Part shown: one piece after another, positions 57,101-64,000 of the stretch | Position numbering within the stretch: position 1 is the stretch's first letter | How the letters are laid out: every line of letters starts with the position of its first letter | The notes under the pieces: generated by a model | The model's database searches: none | The model's input: the letters and a program-made list of their open reading frames with translations, nothing else | Told to the model about the DNA's origin: nothing | Virus record (IMG/VR): IMGVR_UViG_3300027971_000051 | Span: 2,971 to 66,970 of that record | Reading direction: 5' to 3' (one strand) | DNA: 64,000 nt | Source: a virus | Taxonomy: Duplodnaviria > Caudoviricetes | Program-made: the position numbers and the translations under genes

Positions 57101-57257
57101 TTACCAATGCCTTATAACGCCCGCTACGATGAATATGTTCGTTATTATATAGCAAAGCACAATACATGTTCTGATGATTGCAACTCTGTCCGACTCTTTA
57201 TCACATACACTAGCTTTTTCACCTAGTGCTTTTGCCCATAGTCGCCACATGAATCCC

Positions 57258-57725
57258 TCAATTGCACCAAGATTGTTTCGCTTCTCCGTAGTATTCACGG
57301 GCTAAACCGTTTGCAATCAATGCTTGTCTTAAACTATTCCCGTCTAAGATAACGTCACCCAAGACACGCCCACCATACTTATCCCAATCCATCAACATAA
57401 CTTGTCTGTGTTTTGCCGATGCAACTGCTTTCTTTGTGAATTCTGTAGCACGTTGTCCTCTCAAGTCTTCTTGTGGACATTGCGCTCTGAATCCCTTTTC
57501 TGGTGTGTCAACACCAAATACACGAATACTCAATTCTTTTTTGAGTGGCTCGGGAAGGAATGTCGCTTCAAACGCAACAGTATCTCCATCGATAACCCTA
57601 GTAATATTAGCGTCATAGATAACTCCCGGTTTTTGTTTTCCTGTTTGTGCGTGTGCATTCAATGCAGAGCATACAAACCCTGCAACAATTACTGTGAGCC
57701 AAAATGTGTATTTTAGATAGTTCAT
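57258..57725 (-). CDS. thermonuclease (SNase) family protein with signal peptide
   Basis: RVIDGDT, RVFGVDTPE, DKYGGRVLG and GLAREY motifs. Confidence 0.9.
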   Translation of the reverse strand: MNYLKYTFWLTVIVAGFVCSALNAHAQTGKQKPGVIYDANITRVIDGDTVAFEATFLPEPLKKELSIRVFGVDTPEKGFRAQCPQEDLRGQRATEFTKKAVASAKHRQVMLMDWDKYGGRVLGDVILDGNSLRQALIANGLAREYYGEAKQSWCN

Positions 57726-58717
57726 GCCGCTTTCCCCCATACGTCTGCCCAATCACCTTTTGTAGCACCCTTTGCATAATCGGTTGCTCTGTTCTCAAAG
57801 AAATTTGTATGCGTTGGAGCATTAATCATTTCTTCAACCCAAGGTAATGGATTCTTTTTAACTTTAAAAATGCCTTTTAGTCCAAGACTGATAAGGCGCC
57901 TGTCTGCAATATAGCGAATGTACTTCTTAACTTCTTCTGAAGTGAGTCCTTCCATCGCATTGATACCGAACGCCAAGTCAATAAACTTGTCTTCAAGTTC
58001 AACCATTCGTTCTGCAATAGTATATATCTTAGATTTTAATTCGTCATTCCAAATTTCATTATTCTCTTGGATAAATGATCTGAATAATTTAATCATAGAT
58101 TCTGCATGTTGCGTTTCATCAACGATAGACCATGTAATAATCTGTCCCATGCCTTTCATCTTACCCATACGTGGAAAGTTTAATAGCATAATGAATGAAG
58201 AGAATAACTGCATACCTTCTGTGAATGCTGAAAATACTGCAATGTGAGTAGCAGTAGATTGCAAGTCGCCATTCTTATCTGAAATGTCTAACACATAATC
58301 GTGTTTGTCTTTCATTTCTTGATATGCTAAGAATTCGTTATATGTTGTATCTGGTAGACCTAATGTTTCAATCAAATGCGAATATGCGGCAACGTGCAAT
58401 GCTTCTCTAGCCGCAAAGCCAAGCAACATCATACGTACTTCTGGTTGTTTGAAGTATGGTAGATAGTTCTTTACATAGCCACCAGCAACATCAATGTCAC
58501 CCTGTGTAAAGAATCTAAAAATATTTGTTAAAAAGTGTTTCTCTTCTGTTGTTAATTTTTTCTTCCAATCTTTAACATCTTCAGCCATCGGCACTTCAGT
58601 ATGTAGCCAATGACTCTGTTCATGTTTCAACCATGCATCATATGCCCATGGATAGTTAAAGGGTTTGAATGCATCTCTGCCATCCATTAAATTACTTTTT
58701 GTTTTTATTGCATTCAT
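57722..58717 (-). CDS. nrdB: ribonucleotide reductase class I beta subunit
   Basis: FRFFTQGD, EALH..AY, FTEG.QLFSSF, DETQH and NFFE motifs. Confidence 0.96.
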   Translation of the reverse strand: MNAIKTKSNLMDGRDAFKPFNYPWAYDAWLKHEQSHWLHTEVPMAEDVKDWKKKLTTEEKHFLTNIFRFFTQGDIDVAGGYVKNYLPYFKQPEVRMMLLGFAAREALHVAAYSHLIETLGLPDTTYNEFLAYQEMKDKHDYVLDISDKNGDLQSTATHIAVFSAFTEGMQLFSSFIMLLNFPRMGKMKGMGQIITWSIVDETQHAESMIKLFRSFIQENNEIWNDELKSKIYTIAERMVELEDKFIDLAFGINAMEGLTSEEVKKYIRYIADRRLISLGLKGIFKVKKNPLPWVEEMINAPTHTNFFENRATDYAKGATKGDWADVWGKAA

Positions 58718-59004
58718 TCGTTGACCTCAAACACTATTCTTTTATTCGGATTGTTTTTTAAAAAATTCTTTATTGCAGTTTCAATAGTTGAGCCTTGGGA
58801 TAAAAATGCGTTTGTGTTTTTGTCCCAAAGAAAAATCTCATTATTATGAACTTCACTTTTACCAACAATAACTTCAACTTCTATTTGAGGTTCATTGTTT
58901 GTTATATTTGTTATTTCATTGCTAGCCTTTGAAATCTTACGAAAAGTTAAAAATGCAACTGCTAGTAGAAATAATAGTTCTAAAATTCCAAAATCAAAAT
59001 TCAT
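58714..59004 (-). CDS. small membrane protein
   Basis: N-terminal TM; FLSQG motif. Confidence 0.55.
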   Translation of the reverse strand: MNFDFGILELLFLLAVAFLTFRKISKASNEITNITNNEPQIEVEVIVGKSEVHNNEIFLWDKNTNAFLSQGSTIETAIKNFLKNNPNKRIVFEVNE

Positions 59005-59624
59005 ATAATTGGTATCCAATGATTGTCTGGTAAATTACCATCATTCCAACCTTCCATAACAGTTTTTCTATTTACTACATCAAACGCAATAGTAATTCTA
59101 GGTCTATTTTCATCCCAAGGCCAAGTTCTATGTTGGTCGCCGTCACTTGGACTCATTACCAACAAATTATTTTCACTAGGAATATCAATTTGATTATCAC
59201 TATTGGGAAGTTTATATGTAGTTTTACTAGGTTCGCAATCAACACAATAAAACCCATGCCAAGACAAAGTGTTTGCTGGCCAGTGCCCGTGCCAATCTAT
59301 AAACTCGCCCTTTCGATAAAAGTTTAACCAACATTGCATATAAAATTGGTTGTTATCGAATTCATCTTTAGGACAAATTTCCTTGAACATGAGACATATT
59401 TCTTTATATAGAGAATGAAATTCTGGTGATACTGGATATAAAAGTAAATTATATTGCTGAAATAATTGCGTTGTCATAGTTGAATGACCACTATAATGAT
59501 TTTTTCCAAGAGCAAATGTTTTTTTAATGTGATAATACATTTGATACGACTTTAGCTTCATTTCAACTAAATCTAAATTAATTTTTTTAGTATGAATATA
59601 ATTTTCAATATTATTAATTGTCAT
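59001..59624 (-). CDS. putative 2OG-Fe(II) oxygenase-like protein
   Basis: CWLN..WHGH..HGFYC, HRT..RITIAFD. Confidence 0.7.
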   Translation of the reverse strand: MTINNIENYIHTKKINLDLVEMKLKSYQMYYHIKKTFALGKNHYSGHSTMTTQLFQQYNLLLYPVSPEFHSLYKEICLMFKEICPKDEFDNNQFYMQCWLNFYRKGEFIDWHGHWPANTLSWHGFYCVDCEPSKTTYKLPNSDNQIDIPSENNLLVMSPSDGDQHRTWPWDENRPRITIAFDVVNRKTVMEGWNDGNLPDNHWIPII

Positions 59625-59627
59625 TAG

Positions 59628-59870
59628 TTAAGCCCCAAGCCACTCAGCCAATTCATTTTTCATTTTCATGCCAGAAAATCTTTTGACTTCAATATCGCCA
59701 TCCAACATCACTAAAGTTGGGACGCCACGTATGCCGTATTGCATTGCAACTTCTTGTCTTTCATCAATATCAAAAACTTCAATTGGAATTTTACTATCAA
59801 TATCTTCCAATGTTTTTGCTAACATTTTGCACGGTTGACACCATGATGCCGTAAATCTAAGTACTCTCAT
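59628..59870 (-). CDS. thioredoxin
   Basis: WCQPC and GIRGVPTL motifs. Confidence 0.93.
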   Translation of the reverse strand: MRVLRFTASWCQPCKMLAKTLEDIDSKIPIEVFDIDERQEVAMQYGIRGVPTLVMLDGDIEVKRFSGMKMKNELAEWLGA

Positions 59871-59873
59871 TTT

Positions 59874-61655
59874 TTATCCCTCACATGCTAAACAAGTATC
59901 ACCATCGATAAGTGCTTTCATATCTAGTTCTTTAATAACTTCACGTTCAATACGTTTTGAAACTTTATCTGCTTTACCAATCTTTTCTGAACGGCAATAG
60001 TAGAGTGTTTTCAGTCCTTGCTTCCACGCTTGAAAGTGTACTGCATGTAAATATTTAATATTCACATCAGGACGGAAAAATAGATTTAATGATTGCGCTT
60101 GATCTATATATGTTTGTCTGTCTGCGGCATGACTGACTAGCCAACGCTGGTCAATCTCCATAGAAGTCTTGAATACATCTTTCTGCCAATCATCAAGAAT
60201 ATCCAAGTGCTGTACACTACCATCATTAGCAATGATGCTAGACCAAACTGTCTGATATTCATCATCTGATTTTACTACACTTTTGATGATTCTGTCAAGC
60301 CATTTGTTTTTGGCTAGAGATGATCCCGATAAAGTGTCCTGACGATAAGCATTGGCACGATAAGGTTCTATTGAAGGACTGGTATTGCCCATAATAATAG
60401 AACTAGAAGCATTGGGAGCAATAGCCATAAGATGACTAAACCTATTCCCAGTACCAACTGCATCAAGAGCCTCACCTCGCTCTTTACCCAACTTAAGATT
60501 CGCATCATTGAGTTGTTCCCTTACGTGTTTAAAGATTTGTTTGTTTCTTCCGACTGCAAGTGCTGATTCGAATGGGACGTTATTTCGTTGTAGATAAGCA
60601 TGAAACCCAAGAGAACCGATGCCAATACTGCGCTCACGTATGGCAGAGAACCTTGCACGTTCAACGGCGGCAGGAGCATTATCAATAAAATACTGAAGAA
60701 CATTGTCAAGCATTTCTGCAATATCAGAAAGAAATAAAGGATCCGTTTTCCATTCATCAAAATACTCCAAGTTAACTGAAGACAAACAACATACTGCTGT
60801 TCTATCTTTATCTGTAGGCAAAATAATTTCAGAACAAAGATTACTTTGCTTAATACTTAGTCCCAAGTCTTTTTGAAACTGTGGCATAGCACGATTGCTT
60901 GCGTCAATGAAGTGTAGATATGGTTCACCAGTTTGCATACGAATGTCAAGTATACGTTGCCACAAGTCTTTTGCAGAAACAACTTCACGAACTTCATTAC
61001 TGTGTGGATCTCTTAATTCCCAAGAATCATCTGCATCTTTGTCTTGCATACAATTCTCAATGATTTGCATGAATGAATCTGGAATGTTGATACCATGATG
61101 TAAATTTAATGTGCGTAGATTAGGATCGCCCGTAGGCTTTCTCATTTCCAAAAATAAAAGAATGTCTGGATGAGAAATATCAAGATAAGTAGCGTAGGAG
61201 CCACGGCGAGTCCTACCTTGTCTATAAGCGAGAGATGATGCGTCATATGTGCGTAAGTGGGGCATGACTCCAACCGATTTATCATCCGAACTGCGAATGC
61301 CGACACCGATTCCGACACCGCCGCCCAACATCGAAAGCCAATTAACTTCTGCAAGACAATTGACAAGCCCTTCTGCACTATCATGTAGATATGGAAGAAA
61401 ACACGAAATAGGGAGCCCACGCTTACTGCGACCAAAAGACAAAATGGGAGTAGAATAAGACAACCAATGCCTACTGCTGTATTCATATAATCGTTGTGCA
61501 TGTTCTGGATTGGAACCAAACGCTTTTGAGACATAAGCAAACCTTTCTTGTGGGGAAGTTTCATCTTCTCTCATATAACTTTCTTTCAATCTTTTGATGC
61601 CCAATTCATCAAATAATGAATCTCTGCTATAGTCGATTACAATTTCAGTTGTCAT
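59874..61655 (-). CDS. nrdA: ribonucleotide reductase class I alpha subunit (no ATP cone)
   Basis: PISCF, SNLCSEI, CCLSS, APNASSS, TLYY and C-terminal CLAC motifs. Confidence 0.96.
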   Translation of the reverse strand: MTTEIVIDYSRDSLFDELGIKRLKESYMREDETSPQERFAYVSKAFGSNPEHAQRLYEYSSRHWLSYSTPILSFGRSKRGLPISCFLPYLHDSAEGLVNCLAEVNWLSMLGGGVGIGVGIRSSDDKSVGVMPHLRTYDASSLAYRQGRTRRGSYATYLDISHPDILLFLEMRKPTGDPNLRTLNLHHGINIPDSFMQIIENCMQDKDADDSWELRDPHSNEVREVVSAKDLWQRILDIRMQTGEPYLHFIDASNRAMPQFQKDLGLSIKQSNLCSEIILPTDKDRTAVCCLSSVNLEYFDEWKTDPLFLSDIAEMLDNVLQYFIDNAPAAVERARFSAIRERSIGIGSLGFHAYLQRNNVPFESALAVGRNKQIFKHVREQLNDANLKLGKERGEALDAVGTGNRFSHLMAIAPNASSSIIMGNTSPSIEPYRANAYRQDTLSGSSLAKNKWLDRIIKSVVKSDDEYQTVWSSIIANDGSVQHLDILDDWQKDVFKTSMEIDQRWLVSHAADRQTYIDQAQSLNLFFRPDVNIKYLHAVHFQAWKQGLKTLYYCRSEKIGKADKVSKRIEREVIKELDMKALIDGDTCLACEG

Positions 61656-62342
61656 TCAGGTTCCTTCTCTTATGCTTTTAATTATTGGAAATACTTTTGC
61701 AATTACTTCTGCACATGCTATTGCAATTTCTGCGTGTTCTTTTTGTGTTCCATTTCCATCTCTGAGGTCGATGTAGTGGATCCATGATCTGAGTGTTCCG
61801 TTAACGTATAGTCTTGAGATTGTGTTCCCTTCAGGAAGAACCACTCTCGCCTGCTCCTTTGCGATACCATGTTCAATCGCCCAATTGTACGCATATTTTG
61901 CCTCATCAATTACTCTTTGTTGCATTAGTGCCCAACGTGTTTGCAATTCAATATCTTCTGTCTTTATACTGTTTTGTCTATTTTTATTGTCTTGTAGCCG
62001 TGCTTCTCTAAGTACGAAATTGAGTTCTTTAGTAGGATCAGCATATCGTTGGCTGAATTCTTGGAAACTAAAACTTCTGTGTCGCAACAATTGTCTTGCA
62101 ATATCTCTTGTTGTTTCAACTTCAATACATGCGGAGACCATTTCAAGTGGACTCCAATGTTTGTGTTTGATGAGGTATTTGATGAGTCTTTCTGAAGTCT
62201 CACTATTGGACTGATTGGATGGATTCGATACTCTTGCACAATATGCGACAAGGTCCTGTAAGTTTGGTAGTTCGAATTCAAATTCATCTTGTTTGCTCGG
62301 ATCAATTGCTTGTTGTGAATAACTTATTAATTTTACGTTCAT
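61656..62342 (-). CDS. thyX: flavin-dependent thymidylate synthase
   Basis: CARVS, HWSPLE, RHRSFSFQEFSQRY and TQKEH motifs. Confidence 0.97.
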   Translation of the reverse strand: MNVKLISYSQQAIDPSKQDEFEFELPNLQDLVAYCARVSNPSNQSNSETSERLIKYLIKHKHWSPLEMVSACIEVETTRDIARQLLRHRSFSFQEFSQRYADPTKELNFVLREARLQDNKNRQNSIKTEDIELQTRWALMQQRVIDEAKYAYNWAIEHGIAKEQARVVLPEGNTISRLYVNGTLRSWIHYIDLRDGNGTQKEHAEIAIACAEVIAKVFPIIKSIREGT

Positions 62343-63361
62343 CTCATCTTCCATATGTTAAATTCAAGTAGTGCTTTTGGGCCGTGAAAAGTAAAGTTAT
62401 TTATAGTATTGATGATTTCATCCTGTTCTTTTCCGGCGAGTATCATATCATTTATATCTTTTTCATCATATGATTTAGGCCAGATCACAACATTCGCATC
62501 TGATTTAATTGCTTCACCAATCTCTCTTACGATTTCTTTATTACGTGGTTCGTTGTCATAAATCAATACTAACTTATCTTTAGGTAAGTAATTGAGTACG
62601 TACTTTAAATTAGAATTTCCAACTGCAACAGCATTAGGTAAAAATAGACTATCAATCGGACCTTCAGTAACAAAAATAGTCTGTGTTATATCTATCCCGT
62701 TCATATTGTAAATCATGGGCAAATCATCTTTTATTTTCATCACAAGATATCTTTGTTTCTCACCACGAATGCCACGTGCCGTTAAGCCAACTAATTCATC
62801 ATCTTCATCATAGAATGGTAATACGATTCTAGGTTCTTCAGTTACAATCTTCTCTTCATACTCTGGCGAGAAAACTTTTAACTTCTGCACATTGTCAACG
62901 TAATAAAGTGTCTTTAATTTATCTTCAGGAATCTTTCTAGAACGTGCGTATACAATCGCTTCATGCGTATCGCTGAGTTTAGATAGTGGAGTTAGAACAC
63001 CTTTTAGATTGTCTGTTTTATTACTGCCAAATGTGACGGGTTTAAAAACGAATCCGTGTTCTTTGTGTGCTTTGCGACCAGTCTCACCCTCTTTGTATCG
63101 CTCTAAGCAATACTCTTTGTAGAGGTTTGGGTCAACCGCTTTGATTAGATTGCCTAGTGAAATGCTGACTGCACAATTGTGGCATTTGTAGAAGAGTCCA
63201 CCTTTTTGTGCAAAGATGTATCCACGTGCCTTGTTTCGATTTGTTTGGGAGTCACCGCAGATAGGGCATCTGAAGTTGTAGGTGTAGTCGCCTTTGCGAA
63301 CGAATTTGTCCAAGCGAACTGAGAGTGTACCGATGTACTTTTGATCGATCCAAATACTCAT
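62339..63361 (-). CDS. 61: DNA primase gp61
   Basis: RCPICGDS..CHNC zinc finger; EGPIDSLF, DNEPRN and KDINDM motifs. Confidence 0.96.
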   Translation of the reverse strand: MSIWIDQKYIGTLSVRLDKFVRKGDYTYNFRCPICGDSQTNRNKARGYIFAQKGGLFYKCHNCAVSISLGNLIKAVDPNLYKEYCLERYKEGETGRKAHKEHGFVFKPVTFGSNKTDNLKGVLTPLSKLSDTHEAIVYARSRKIPEDKLKTLYYVDNVQKLKVFSPEYEEKIVTEEPRIVLPFYDEDDELVGLTARGIRGEKQRYLVMKIKDDLPMIYNMNGIDITQTIFVTEGPIDSLFLPNAVAVGNSNLKYVLNYLPKDKLVLIYDNEPRNKEIVREIGEAIKSDANVVIWPKSYDEKDINDMILAGKEQDEIINTINNFTFHGPKALLEFNIWKMR

Positions 63362-63402
63362 AATTAATGTTTCTCATAATATACAATGTTCATCGAATGT
63401 AC

Positions 63403-63431
63403 ATTATAGCATACATTCGACTGAAAGTCAA
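63403..63431 (-). promoter_or_regulatory. sigma70 promoter upstream of primase
   Basis: TTGACT-N17-TATAAT. Confidence 0.7.
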
Positions 63432-63863
63432 TTAGTTACCAAATAGTTTTGATACCGCATCTATTTTGATGTTAGACATGATCCATGCAAGCACAACAAT
63501 TGCGCCAGCGGCCATCCACTTCCATTCCATGATCTTACGCAATTCATTATCCTCTTTGCGATTATGCTCTTGAATTTCTTCACGAAGTGCTTTAATTTCA
63601 TCCATGATTCTACGTTCCGTCAATTCTACCTTGTCGGAAACTTCACGGCTAATTGTGGTGATTCTAGAGTGCAATTCTTTGATATCCGTGTTGGTGTCTG
63701 CTTTTCTTTTTTCCATATCGTCATATATTTGATTGACCATACGGTCGTGATTATCCACCAGCTTTTCAATAAGCGAATCCATTTTACCACAGAGTTGTGT
63801 GATTGTCAAGACTTGATTTTTTAAAACCTCAACGTCAACTTTTAATTCTACTATATCACTCAT
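63432..63863 (-). CDS. coiled-coil protein with C-terminal TM
   Basis: DIKELHSRITT motif; EWKWMAAG plus a hydrophobic tail. Confidence 0.7.
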   Translation of the reverse strand: MSDIVELKVDVEVLKNQVLTITQLCGKMDSLIEKLVDNHDRMVNQIYDDMEKRKADTNTDIKELHSRITTISREVSDKVELTERRIMDEIKALREEIQEHNRKEDNELRKIMEWKWMAAGAIVVLAWIMSNIKIDAVSKLFGN

Positions 63864-64000
63864 TTCTTTAGTTTCTCGTAAATTTTCTTTTGAGTTTCGT
63901 ACCATTCTATCCAAGCGTCATTTCTAACTGCACATTCGTAATACGTTGTGTAGTTTTGGGTTATTGTTTTAGATATCTCAGATAATTTAGATCCGTCCAT

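Noticed and set aside
57722-63361. Introns or inteins in nrdA, nrdB, thyX or primase
   Set aside because: All are uninterrupted and of normal or compact length, with no splicing motifs.

Overview
This 64 kb window comes from a large T4-like myophage (Caudoviricetes). The host is probably a betaproteobacterium, inferred only from the tmRNA tag ANDSRFALAA. The left end holds baseplate hub genes (gp26/gp51-like), a 3-TM holin and a 1817-aa tape-measure/hub protein with an M23 peptidase. The minus strand then carries gp32, gp59, gp33, an SleB hydrolase, an rml-like sugar cluster, a circularly permuted (two-piece) tmRNA, an exonuclease, PhoH and 2OG-Fe(II) oxygenases. Next come a hypervariable early region with a repeated promoter cassette and a 25-gene tRNA array covering all 20 amino acids, interleaved with oxygenase, halogenase and methyltransferase genes and structured ncRNA candidates. 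The right part has RNase H, a plus-strand membrane/LpxH/GT2 island, a GH19 endolysin, ClpP-like and RuvC-like genes, nrdAB, thioredoxin, thyX and primase. The most striking unannotated signal is directly upstream of the tRNA array: a 38-codon leader peptide containing all 20 amino acids overlaps an antiterminator/terminator switch and is followed by a boxA. This looks like a ribosome-stalling attenuator that could turn on the phage's complete tRNA set when host tRNAs become limiting. All calls were made by eye, without database searches or folding programs.
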